NCBI GenBank assembly: GCA_963662285.2
Contig: CAXXMV010000007.1
Location: 1 to 48,613, forward strand
Direction of reading: 5' to 3'
From: a bacterium
Lineage (GTDB): Bacteria > Hinthialibacterota > Hinthialibacteria > Hinthialibacterales > Hinthialibacteraceae
DNA: 48,613 nucleotides
The notes beneath the pieces were generated by a model that made no database searches, was not told the origin of the DNA, and worked only from the letters and a program-made list of their open reading frames with translations. The translations under genes were made by a program, and so were the position numbers. Below, in pieces: positions 1 to 9,472 of the stretch (its first letter is position 1; the number at the start of each line of letters is the position of its first letter).

Positions 1-2
1 AA

Positions 3-749
3 TTCGAAATCGTTTTTAGAAATCCATCATACAACGATGTAAAAGGCGATAGCGGGATTATCTATGACTATTCCAACAATCACATTCATTTCATTGATAT
101 CGATCCATACACCGGCTTTGTATACGCAACCATTGGCGATGGAACAGTGGGGCGTTTCGTGCGCTCCAAACATCACGGCGATCCCGGAACCTGGGAGACT
201 CTCGAAACCGGGACTGACGCTCACTACACCTCAATAACCTTTACACCTGATTTTTTATTCCTGGGACAGGATACCAACAAACAATACAAAAAAATGATCT
301 GTTGGGACAAAACAAAAAACTACGTTTCGTATAACGAACCATTCTGGACGACCAACATGATGGATGATCCCACCCAGCCGCCAGCGTCTTACTATGATAA
401 AGGAAACTGGTTCTGGTCATATTTCTTCCCCAAACGGAATCTGTTAATCGCCCAATATCTGCCTTATGGTATGGAGACTTTAGCTAATGGGCAAAAACAA
501 ACTCCCCGTCTCTATGCTACCAATGACATGGGAATTAACTGGCATCGCGCTATAACCTTTCCCCCGGTTCCACATACGGAACAGCCCCAATCAGGTTTTT
601 GGGGACCGAAACTGGCGTCAAACATCGGGCCGAACGGTTGGATATACGCCATGCGGGGAACGGTCAGCCAGGAGATTCACCGCGGCTTCAGGTTCAGGCT
701 GAAAGCTGATTCCAGTGGATTAGGCAAGCATTGGGAAAGCATGAAGTGA
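3..749 (+). CDS. 5'-truncated Asp-box/BNR beta-propeller-like protein, probably secreted
   Basis: Frame is open from position 3 (FEIVFRNPSY...HIHFIDIDPYTGFVYATIGDG) to TGA at 749; Asp-box-like motifs RSKHHGDPGTW and YATNDMGINW. Confidence 0.6.
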   Translation, partial: FEIVFRNPSYNDVKGDSGIIYDYSNNHIHFIDIDPYTGFVYATIGDGTVGRFVRSKHHGDPGTWETLETGTDAHYTSITFTPDFLFLGQDTNKQYKKMICWDKTKNYVSYNEPFWTTNMMDDPTQPPASYYDKGNWFWSYFFPKRNLLIAQYLPYGMETLANGQKQTPRLYATNDMGINWHRAITFPPVPHTEQPQSGFWGPKLASNIGPNGWIYAMRGTVSQEIHRGFRFRLKADSSGLGKHWESMK

Positions 750-789
750 TATTTTCATAATGTCATTAAATTATATTATGAAATCAAGG

Positions 790-834
790 ATCGTTATATT
801 ATTGAATGAAGAATCGTTATGTTATTGAATGAAG
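790..834. repeat. Tandem duplication, 23-bp period
   Basis: atcgttatattattgaatgaag (790-811) and atcgttatgttattgaatgaag (813-834), one mismatch. Confidence 0.85.
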
Positions 835-890
835 CATAGGTAAGGAAAAATCATCTAATAAGAATTAAATATTCGCATAAAGGGGTCTCT

Positions 891-2283
891 ATGCGCTATT
901 TTCTAATCATCATTCTTTCCGTTTTAATATTGTCATTATCTGCGTATGTATTATATAAGTCTTATGAATCCTCTGTAATTACCAGGAATTATGAAAAGCA
1001 ACTCACCGAAGAGCATGATGTTGATATTAGGGTTCTGGTTGAAAATCGTATTTACAAGCGTGGCTTTAAAAAAAATATAAAATACTGGCTGCTTCACGCC
1101 CAGAAGTATTTCAGAAATAATATCGGCATCAATATCCGCTTTTCAACTCTCCAAAAATACCAGATGCCAAAGCAGTATCAAGGAGAGTGGCATCACCACA
1201 GGCAGGCGGAAATCATGAGTGATTTCGCGCGACAATACAAAAAAAAAAGGGGAAAGTTTACTGATATTCGTTCCCTCCTCCAATGATGCGGGAAAAACCA
1301 AAGCCGAAGCAGGCGTGAGCATTGTTGCAATTAATGCTGATGATAAAAAGGGATCATTTCTATTCAGAAAATGGCTTATTGTTCATGAAATATCCCATTT
1401 GTTTGGAACCGACGACGTAATCGATAAAAATAACATAATGGATGAAGATGCGCTTAGGAGCGTCACGCAAGAATCAGATTCCCTCATGGCTTTTGATGAT
1501 AATAACAAAGCAATTATTGAAATCGCCAAATCTTATATGATAAAAAACAACCTTTCAGCATTTTCATTACTCAATTGTGATTTGGAGACAGGTGAAAAAG
1601 TTATCCAGTGTATGAAATCCAATGTAAATATAATGCGTAAACCAGAGGGGTTAAGTTCAAGTTTTGGAGAATTTTATTTAGTTCAAAAACAATTTGAAAA
1701 AGCATTAAGTTATCTAAACCAGTCTATTGCAATGATAAGAGAAGATGACGAGGATGGTTTTAAAAATATCGCTCTTGATTTAGTTTTGTATAATAAAGCG
1801 CTCTGCTTATTCAATCTGAAACGGTATGAGGAAGCGATAGAGGCATTTCAAGAATCTTTGGCTGAAGGGCCGCCAACACCCTATAATAAACACTTCTGGC
1901 TGGGAATCGCCTTCAAACTTAGTCATGATCAAAAAAATGACTGGACCAAAGAATACATCGAATTCGCCATTGAGACATTCAAAAAAGGCGCCGGGTATTT
2001 CCCCGGTTATGATTGGGGATGGTTTTGCCTCGCTTCAATGGAACTATACCTCATCCCCATTGATGAATGGAATTCGGATGCAGTAGAACAGGTGAAAACG
2101 CATTTAGAAAAATGCCTGGAGATTAATCCAAATCATGCCAGTGGATTATTCTTAATGGGCGCAATACTACAGCATCAAAATAAGCCTAAAAAAGCAGAGA
2201 CGTTTTTGAGTAAAGCCAAAGAAGCAGGCGCTGCTCTCAATATGGTTTTCCTCAAAAATGGCGGTTCGTTCTCTGCAAAATAA
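891..2283 (+). CDS. Membrane-anchored metzincin-type Zn metallopeptidase with C-terminal TPRs, frameshifted at an A10 run
   Basis: N-terminal TM helix in ORF 891-1286; HEISHLFGTDD and Met-turn NIMD, then TPRs in ORF 1219-2283. Removing one A from 1239-1248 fuses them (QYKKK-GESLL). Confidence 0.7.
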
Positions 2284-2374
2284 TGAGCATAGTCCTCTTT
2301 GGATTTACTCACCCGCCTGCTAAAACAAGCTGCTATTTCGAGAGAAGCATGGCTGCAATAATTTTGAGTTCTAA

Positions 2375-2403
2375 ATGATGGATCGGTAAAACCGATCCAT
2401 CAT
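2375..2403. terminator. Hairpin between convergent genes, probable terminator
   Basis: Perfect 13-bp stem atgatggatcggt-aaa-accgatccatcat, a few nt past the stop of the minus-strand gene. Confidence 0.7.
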
Positions 2404-2408
2404 AAATG

Positions 2409-4871
2409 CTACTTGAGGAGCCATATTTCCGAGAGCCGGGATTGCTGCCGCCAGTTAAGGTGACCTTCATCGGTGGGATTATCCCACGTAATAATCAGTT
2501 TACGGTCTTTTATGAATCGGGGTGGTACGGGAAATTCTTTGAACTCACCCATTTCTTTTCCGTTCACAGTAGGATTAACGCGCTCATTATCCATCTTGAG
2601 CAACGATTGGCCATAACCAGTCAAACGTACAGTATAAGAGGCATTGGGATCCAAGCCTTCGTATACAACGGCAGATGGCCATTCCATAGTCGTTTGCCAT
2701 GATAATCGGGCGCGGCTCATACCTTCGTTCCACCACCAGAAAGTTGGTTCGGGATGCGCTTCCTCTCCAGGTTGGGTTAAAAACTCTTCGCTACGCATCA
2801 CGTGAGGTGACTTGGCGGTATTGCCAATATCATCATAAAAACTGCCGGAACCGGGGTGTTCCCAATTGGCGATAAGTTTTAATCGTTCACATTTCTCTGT
2901 TTCCGATTGAAATTTCCTGATCTTATTAAATTCGTCTTCCAACCACCATCGGTTATTCATGGGGTAGTCTATAAAATCAAGGAACGCTCCACGTTCAGCG
3001 CCGCTGGCGTAGTATTGGTCGACGCTGGTCTGAAGGCCGCAGGAATGGAATAATTGCTCACACAAATTAACGATATGCTGGCGTAATTCGGTACTAACAG
3101 GTTGAGAGACCGCTTGATTCAAAACAGCCAAAGTTTCGGTCATGACTACATCTGCTCCACGCTGCTCGGCTTTAGAAAGAATTATATTGGCCTTTTCTTC
3201 CAATCCGGTTTCGTTGATTAAACGGTGACGAATATAGGCATCATAATAGGCCCTTACCAAGCACATTTGCCAACGCCAGTTTTTTGACAGTTCAGGCGCC
3301 TTCTTTTCCATCTGTTGCCAATATAAAAGAGTACTTTCGATCGAGCCATTAGTCGCAACCGGTCCTTGCCAGTTTTTCTCTAACGCAAGGATGCCGTCCG
3401 CCGCTTCTTGCGCCATACCGGGATCAAAAAAGACTCTGGCGTATTCGATGAGGATATCGCGTACATTGGCTTCAGGATTCCAACTGCGGGCGCTCCAAAT
3501 GGTTTTATTAACATCGTCGTGGACGCCGTCGGAATAACTGATAAATCCATCGCTATAGGGAGCGAACCAGTTGTGAATATAAGCATACTGGACAGGCCGG
3601 GGATTAATGGCTTCCCGTCCGAGAGTCAATGCATAGGCTTGATCCCACATGGGAACAGGATATTGGCATAATTTGTTGTGGGTAATATCAGGATAAAGAC
3701 GGAATTTATATTGGGCTGGTATTCGTTGGCGTGTTTCCGGGATAGGCGGACTGGAAGGGCCGGCGACAAAGCCAGCTAGCCATTGAGGCGATTCATTTTC
3801 CAGATAATTGAATATCCAATCGATTTGCTTGCGATTGAACCACTGAAGAGAAAGCCAGATTCGGGCCTGGGGATGGATGGGTAGTAAACGCTTGGATAAA
3901 TCTTCCAGGTAAGGCAACACTAATTCGGGCGGATTATGCCCCGGATCGCCGCCAGGGAAAAAGACGCCGGTTAATTCGGGACAGTCTTTGAAAAGTTCCT
4001 CGTGTTTATCGAGCGCTTGGCTTCTTAAAGCCATATCGTTCAGATCGAAATCCGCAGGAGTCCAAATCCAGTAATCAAGGCCGTAACGCTGACAAATTTT
4101 GCTCAATTCCCGATTCATTTCGCGTCGAGGCAAATTCATGACAGGAGTTTCTCTATTGTCGTGAAAAGGAATGTTCTCGATGCTGTTAATACCGAAAAAG
4201 GCGAGTTCGCGGATATATTGATCAAACTGATCGACGGTCCAGGCATCCCACGAGTTGGCCTGGGTGCGGTAACCTAGTTGGTGACCGCGGATGGGATAGG
4301 CGGGAGAAGATGCAATATCATAGGATTCGGTGATAGAAACTTTGCCTGGTTGACATTGCAGCAGCCGGAGTAAACGCCCTACGCCATAAAGTGTTCCTCT
4401 TGGATCGGCGCCTATAATCCAGACAATCGAATTAGAATCGGATTTATTTTCTACAAAAATTCTATATCCTTCTGGTTTCTGTTCCGGTGAATCGGGACTC
4501 GTGAGTGAGGGGGATTCCCGAAGACATTTCGTGGATTCATCACGCGTCGCTATGACTATCACTGTATTGTTAGATGGCCACTCCGTTTGTTTTAGCCAAA
4601 GAACGCCTGTCCGGCGTTCGACCTCTTCCTGCAAAACGCGCGCCGCCATCATTTCGGCGGATGGCAATACTCCTTCGCGAACAATAAGAATGGAATCGGT
4701 TAGATCAATTTCGGCGGAGGATGCAACTACCCCGAATAACCATAGAATCACCAGCAAAACAAGCAGATTGAAACTAATGTGAGTTGTTCGATTTTCCAAG
4801 AAAGGTTTTACATATTGTCTCATCTGACATTTCTCCTTAGTGTTACTCGATACAACGTGATTATAGGGCAT
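2409..4871 (-). CDS. Secreted glycoside hydrolase-like protein (GH20/GH67-type N-terminal domain plus putative TIM barrel); true start may be downstream (e.g. 4823)
   Basis: Signal-like hydrophobic stretch ending VASSA; 'PEGYRI...IIGADPRGTLYGVGRLLR...SSPAYPIRG' is typical of the hexosaminidase/alpha-glucuronidase N-domain. Confidence 0.6.
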   Translation of the reverse strand: MPYNHVVSSNTKEKCQMRQYVKPFLENRTTHISFNLLVLLVILWLFGVVASSAEIDLTDSILIVREGVLPSAEMMAARVLQEEVERRTGVLWLKQTEWPSNNTVIVIATRDESTKCLRESPSLTSPDSPEQKPEGYRIFVENKSDSNSIVWIIGADPRGTLYGVGRLLRLLQCQPGKVSITESYDIASSPAYPIRGHQLGYRTQANSWDAWTVDQFDQYIRELAFFGINSIENIPFHDNRETPVMNLPRREMNRELSKICQRYGLDYWIWTPADFDLNDMALRSQALDKHEELFKDCPELTGVFFPGGDPGHNPPELVLPYLEDLSKRLLPIHPQARIWLSLQWFNRKQIDWIFNYLENESPQWLAGFVAGPSSPPIPETRQRIPAQYKFRLYPDITHNKLCQYPVPMWDQAYALTLGREAINPRPVQYAYIHNWFAPYSDGFISYSDGVHDDVNKTIWSARSWNPEANVRDILIEYARVFFDPGMAQEAADGILALEKNWQGPVATNGSIESTLLYWQQMEKKAPELSKNWRWQMCLVRAYYDAYIRHRLINETGLEEKANIILSKAEQRGADVVMTETLAVLNQAVSQPVSTELRQHIVNLCEQLFHSCGLQTSVDQYYASGAERGAFLDFIDYPMNNRWWLEDEFNKIRKFQSETEKCERLKLIANWEHPGSGSFYDDIGNTAKSPHVMRSEEFLTQPGEEAHPEPTFWWWNEGMSRARLSWQTTMEWPSAVVYEGLDPNASYTVRLTGYGQSLLKMDNERVNPTVNGKEMGEFKEFPVPPRFIKDRKLIITWDNPTDEGHLNWRQQSRLSEIWLLK

Positions 4872-4933
4872 GAAAGGTTTAACTTTATCTCCCTACTATA
4901 GTCTAATATTCTTCATTCACAGGCAAGCCGTTT

Positions 4934-5077
4934 AGGACAAAGCAATAGCGTGTACTATCGGACCATTTCCTCATCCAAACTCACCGTGACAAAGTAACAT
5001 CTTACCCAGAAATGCTTCCCCCAAGAGGGCTTTTGTATTAGTTTTAGGAACTTGTTCAGTACGCGTATTACTGTCCT
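4934..5077. ncRNA. Candidate structured RNA or fold-back element (unassigned)
   Basis: Ends pair imperfectly (aggacaaagcaatagcgtgtact with agtacgcgtattactgtcct); nested pairings ttcct/aggaa, aaact/agttt, acaaag/cttttgt and two small apical hairpins. Confidence 0.35.
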
Positions 5078-5095
5078 TACCTTCACAGTTCGTAT

Positions 5096-5122
5096 AAACT
5101 TTGAAATTATTTTTCAAAGTTT
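5096..5122. promoter_or_regulatory. Perfect 11-5-11 inverted repeat in divergent promoter region
   Basis: aaactttgaaa-ttatt-tttcaaagttt. Confidence 0.45.
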
Positions 5123-5207
5123 TCGTATATTTAAGTATCTGATAATTTTGATATAGTTTCATTATTTATAAAACATTAATATCAATTACTTTGCTGACCG
5201 GGGTCTA

Positions 5208-6467
5208 ATGTCTAATCAATCTACAACATTGCGTTATCACTCTCTGGATGCTCTCCGGGCTTTTGCGCTGCTATTGGGCATCGTTTTTCACGCCGCTGAA
5301 TCATTCTGTCCGGGACGCCAAATGTGGGCTATAACCGATATGCACGCCCATGAATTATTTAATTTCTTTCAACACGTATCTCATTCATTCCGGATGGAGA
5401 TTTTCTTCATTATGGCGGGTTTCTTCGCCCGGTTGGTTTTGATGCGCCAGGGGCAATGGAAATTCATTAAACATAGAATCAAGAGGATTCTTATCCCATT
5501 TGTAATTGGTTGGATTGTCCTATACCCGATAGTAATCTTCGTCTGGTTAAGCGGCTGGATCAAATCCGGCAATGCAAATATCCAGGAAATCCTTGATATG
5601 GGATTATCTCCTATAGAAGGTTTTATTGGCTTTTTTATGACTTTTCAATTCATGGGAGACCTGTTCAGCCTTATTCACCTATGGTTTTTGTATCAATTAT
5701 TGGTTATCTATGCACTGTTTATCATGCTGCGGGCAGCGATATCCCTGGTGTTCAGCAGCAATGGTTCATTCAGTATATGGATGGATAATAAATTCAAGCG
5801 TATCATCGCGTCGCCGTTAAATATCTTGTGGTTGTCAGTTCCCACCCTGCTCTGCCTCTGGTTTATGAATGGCTGGGGAGTTTATACGCCCAATGAATCA
5901 CTGATTCCAGATATACCAGTAACCATGCTGTATAGTTTTATGTTCATGGTTGGTTGGTTTCTGCACCGGAATCAGGATTTATTGGATGAGATGCCAAAGA
6001 GGTTATGGCTATATCTCTTCATAGGCCTGCTATTGGCTTATCCAACATGGCAATATAGTGCAATAATTCACTGGTTTTCTCCAGAAGCGGACATTGGATC
6101 GCTGCATAAACTGGTTCATCATGTGATGTACGTCTTTATGATATGGTCTTTTATCTTGGGAATATCCGGATTTTTCATTCGTTATTTCAACAACGAAAGC
6201 CCGGCCTGGAGATATGTGTCCGATTCATCATACTGGCTCTATTTGGTTCATCTTCCTGTTGTAGTATATATCCAGGTTCTTCTGGCGTACGTTGATCTTC
6301 ATTGGGTTATTAAATATCCGTTAATCAACCTTATTGCATTCCCCATTCTATTTCTAAGTTATCATTATTGCGTCCGCTCAACTTTCATCGGCGCATGGTT
6401 GAATGGCCGGAAATATCCATTTATACCCTTGTTCAGGAAAACTGAAGTCCAAACTGAAGACGCGTGA
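5208..6467 (+). CDS. Acyltransferase family 3 protein (OpgC/MdoC-like)
   Basis: RYHSLDALRAFALLLGIVFH, FRMEIFFIMAGFF, HLWFLY, SDSSYWLYLVHLP; about 10 TM helices. Confidence 0.88.
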   Translation: MSNQSTTLRYHSLDALRAFALLLGIVFHAAESFCPGRQMWAITDMHAHELFNFFQHVSHSFRMEIFFIMAGFFARLVLMRQGQWKFIKHRIKRILIPFVIGWIVLYPIVIFVWLSGWIKSGNANIQEILDMGLSPIEGFIGFFMTFQFMGDLFSLIHLWFLYQLLVIYALFIMLRAAISLVFSSNGSFSIWMDNKFKRIIASPLNILWLSVPTLLCLWFMNGWGVYTPNESLIPDIPVTMLYSFMFMVGWFLHRNQDLLDEMPKRLWLYLFIGLLLAYPTWQYSAIIHWFSPEADIGSLHKLVHHVMYVFMIWSFILGISGFFIRYFNNESPAWRYVSDSSYWLYLVHLPVVVYIQVLLAYVDLHWVIKYPLINLIAFPILFLSYHYCVRSTFIGAWLNGRKYPFIPLFRKTEVQTEDA

Positions 6468-6493
6468 TGATTTGTTATCGATAATAAACACAC

Positions 6494-6532
6494 AACCCCC
6501 CTCTAACTCCCCCCAGGCTTGGGGGGAGAATT
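6494..6532 (+). repeat. BoxC-like repeat (pyrimidine tract plus C/G hairpin)
   Basis: aacccccctctaactcccccc-aggctt-ggggggagaa; related to copies at 41337-41474. Confidence 0.7.
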
Positions 6533-6634
6533 TGATCATCAATAATAAATCAATCTGATTTTATAGGCGCTTCATTTTGACATTTAACCTGGAGTGATTA
6601 GAATGATTTAATCACACGGGGTGCATCAATCAAT

Positions 6635-8251
6635 ATGAAACGTAATTCTCTATTATTAATTCTGCTATGGCTGATCTTGTTTTCGGTCTATTGCGGTCTT
6701 CGTTCTCACACATTTATTTCGGCGTTTTCTCATGATGAGGGGCTGTTTTTATATGGCGGCCAGGCCTGGGCTAATGGAGAAGTTCCCTACCGCGATTTCT
6801 GGGATCATAAACCAGCCGGGACTTTTTTGTTGCATTCGCTTCCGCTGAGACTATGGCCCTTCTCGGTTACCGCAATAAAACTGAATCAGATTTTCTGGCT
6901 TTCATTCTCCGCATTGTTGCTGTTTCTGATATGTAAATCACGATTCAGTTTAATAACCACCATCTCAACACTCTTTTTATATGTGTTTTATACCAGCGCC
7001 CCATTCACTATACGAACTGGTGGATTGACCGAAGAGAGCGCCTTGTTTTTCGTGGCGCTGGGTTTTTGGATTATGCTGCGCAGGCAAAGAGTATCTCTGC
7101 TGCATACTTTATTTGCGGGCATTGCTATAGGCGCAGCCATTCAATTCCGACAGACCTTCGTTTTTTCGTCTATTTTTCTATTAGGGATAATTATTAATAA
7201 TCATCTTAGCGATGAACGGAAATTGCGTGAAATATGGAAGCCGATGCTCTCATTGTCATGCGGAATGATTATACCGGAGTTAGCAATCTCCCTATATTTT
7301 CTGTGGCACGGCGTATGGTTCGACTATATTGAAGCAAGTTATCTGGTCAATTTCTTCTATGTTGGCGCCGCCCGGCCATCAAAATCAATCATGGATGTTC
7401 TAAACATCCATTGGACCTTCATCTTATCGACTGGACCATACTTATTCAGTCCAATCCTGGCTTTGGGAGTTATGCGTTGGTTGCCTCAAAAGCAGCGCTG
7501 GATGGTGATTCCGTTGCTTATTACCTTTGCGGCGGAGTTATGGGCTATATCCCTCAGCGGCGAGTATTACCAGCATTACTATGTTCAAGCGGCTGTGACG
7601 ATGAGCCTGTTTCTAGCCATTTTCATTGAAGGCGCCTATTGCTGCGTTAAAAGCGCTATAAATGGCTCTAGTTCACTACGCTACCCCATTATGGCATTTA
7701 CATCGCTCTTGATTCTATTGTCTGTGACGGCATTGGGATTCGGCGTCAAGCAATATGCCGCTGACTATAGGGAAATTTTATCAGACTATGCAGCAGAAGA
7801 ATCAGAATACGCCTTCCAGCAGGAAGCCGGGCGGTTGGTTAATCATCTTACTGAACCTGATGATACGATACTACTGATTGGCCGCGATCCGAATTCCATC
7901 TATATCACATCAAAGCGTTATGCGGGATCAAAATTTTATCACTTCGCTCCCCTATGGAAAGAGAAATTACTTGACGCGGTTACTCCATCTCAGCAGCAGG
8001 CCTTTTTGAATGATCTGAAAGAAAAACGTCCCGTTCTTCTTCTAATAGACCGTCGCATCTCCCGAATGCTCAGCGAAGACAGAGAATTTATTAATAGCAT
8101 TAATAAAGTTATTGAAGAAAATTATGTTCCCCTGGAAGATATAGTTGACCAATCGCCGGAAGATGCATATTTCTGGTATGGCTCACGTTTTACAATTCTG
8201 GTGAGGAATGATAGGCAAAAAGAGGTCATTGAACGATTCAAGGATTTATAA
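6635..8251 (+). CDS. GT-C fold glycosyltransferase (ArnT/PMT-like, GT39/GT83)
   Basis: HDEGLFLY...G..PYRDFWDHKP motif after first TM; many TMs; YYQHYY motif; soluble C-terminal domain. Confidence 0.85.
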   Translation: MKRNSLLLILLWLILFSVYCGLRSHTFISAFSHDEGLFLYGGQAWANGEVPYRDFWDHKPAGTFLLHSLPLRLWPFSVTAIKLNQIFWLSFSALLLFLICKSRFSLITTISTLFLYVFYTSAPFTIRTGGLTEESALFFVALGFWIMLRRQRVSLLHTLFAGIAIGAAIQFRQTFVFSSIFLLGIIINNHLSDERKLREIWKPMLSLSCGMIIPELAISLYFLWHGVWFDYIEASYLVNFFYVGAARPSKSIMDVLNIHWTFILSTGPYLFSPILALGVMRWLPQKQRWMVIPLLITFAAELWAISLSGEYYQHYYVQAAVTMSLFLAIFIEGAYCCVKSAINGSSSLRYPIMAFTSLLILLSVTALGFGVKQYAADYREILSDYAAEESEYAFQQEAGRLVNHLTEPDDTILLIGRDPNSIYITSKRYAGSKFYHFAPLWKEKLLDAVTPSQQQAFLNDLKEKRPVLLLIDRRISRMLSEDREFINSINKVIEENYVPLEDIVDQSPEDAYFWYGSRFTILVRNDRQKEVIERFKDL

Positions 8252-8566
8252 TTTTCGGAACATGGCTTTGCGGCTCGCCAGTACTTTGCGCAACCTTTCC
8301 TGATTGATGCTGCCATCAACCGACCTTCGGCGACCGCGAACGTATTTTGACAGGCCCTTTTTTTGTACATACCACTCATGGATGCTGATTGTCCGGTTAT
8401 CAACGATACGACATATTGGTTTTGGTATAAAGATATAACTATCCGGATCATCCAGGTCGGGTCCATGATCATCGGTAAAGAAACAGATGTGGAAATATTT
8501 CTCCATCTCTTCATCAAGGATGCCGTTGAGAATCATCTCTTTTTGATTTTGACCTATAGGATTCAT
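8246..8566 (-). CDS. Hypothetical protein
   Basis: 106-aa ORF starting 12 nt after the pgeF stop, same strand; no recognised motif. Confidence 0.5.
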   Translation of the reverse strand: MNPIGQNQKEMILNGILDEEMEKYFHICFFTDDHGPDLDDPDSYIFIPKPICRIVDNRTISIHEWYVQKKGLSKYVRGRRRSVDGSINQERLRKVLASRKAMFRKL

Positions 8567-8578
8567 TATTGATTTCTT

Positions 8579-9346
8579 CTAATTATTTTGTTCTCTCATT
8601 ATAACAGCCATATTATGGCCGATCCCGGCGCCGTCGCGGCGGTATGAAAAAAAACGGTTATCGCTATAAGTGCAATCAGGCGACATTTCAATATTGTCGG
8701 CAGGAACGCCATGTTCCTCAAGTCTATATTTATTAACCAATTTTAGATCGATTGAATAATTTTTGGAGTCGAAGCATTGTTTATATCTACCCCATCTTTC
8801 AAAAAAAGGCTGCCAGACGTCATTTTTCACAGTAAAACCGGCAGGTGATATACCGGGGCCGATCCATATTTTAATATCTTCAAGCGCCGCGCCGTAATCG
8901 CTGGTTAGTCTATCAACCATTTTAACGCTGATATCATCATAGGTTCCCCGCCAACCGGCATGAGCCAATCCGACAACGCTTGCATCGGATAGAGAAAAGA
9001 AAACCGGTATACAATCAGCCACCAGAATGGCCAATGGAGTCTCTATATCGCTGGTAATCATGGCGTCGCCATAGCCCACCTGGTTTTCTCCCGTTAACGC
9101 TCCAGCGCCTCTATCAGAGGTTTTAATATCCCAAATAACCGTGCTATGCTCCTGGTATACATGGGTAAGATGCTGATGATTGATATTTAATAGCCCGCAA
9201 GCAAGTTGACGTGATGCAATAACCTGCTCAGGAGGAGCGTTTTTGAAACTCAAATTATGATTTCTATTGTTAATTGAACCTGGAGCAAAGAAACCGTGAC
9301 TTATACCATCAATTGTACGTAGAATATTAGACTGGAATAATTGCAT
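8579..9346 (-). CDS. pgeF: YfiH/PgeF family purine nucleoside phosphorylase (polyphenol oxidase family)
   Basis: QEH, VADCIPV, HAGWRG, IGPGI, CT..D.RFFSYRR; ATG at 9346 chosen over upstream TTG. Confidence 0.9.
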   Translation of the reverse strand: MQLFQSNILRTIDGISHGFFAPGSINNRNHNLSFKNAPPEQVIASRQLACGLLNINHQHLTHVYQEHSTVIWDIKTSDRGAGALTGENQVGYGDAMITSDIETPLAILVADCIPVFFSLSDASVVGLAHAGWRGTYDDISVKMVDRLTSDYGAALEDIKIWIGPGISPAGFTVKNDVWQPFFERWGRYKQCFDSKNYSIDLKLVNKYRLEEHGVPADNIEMSPDCTYSDNRFFSYRRDGAGIGHNMAVIMREQNN

Positions 9347-9472
9347 AATAGTAATAATAACTTTCAAATGACTCTGCCATTGATTGATTCGACCTCAGTG
9401 GTACGATACAATTCTATATAAGACTGTTACAGGTCTATAATCATTGAAAATATACTGGATGCCTTCTACTCA

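Noticed and set aside
790-834. Possible CRISPR mini-array
   Set aside because: Two units with no spacer, and no cas genes in the window.
4934-5077. Retron msr-msd or 6S RNA
   Set aside because: No reverse transcriptase nearby; no large central bubble as expected for 6S. Kept only as an unassigned candidate.
4971-5162. 63-aa minus-strand ORF
   Set aside because: No RBS or recognisable motif; overlaps the fold-back element and palindrome.
8122-8572. Alternative ORFs 8122-8517 (-) and 8363-8572 (+)
   Set aside because: They overlap better-supported genes; 8246-8566 fits the operon spacing after pgeF.
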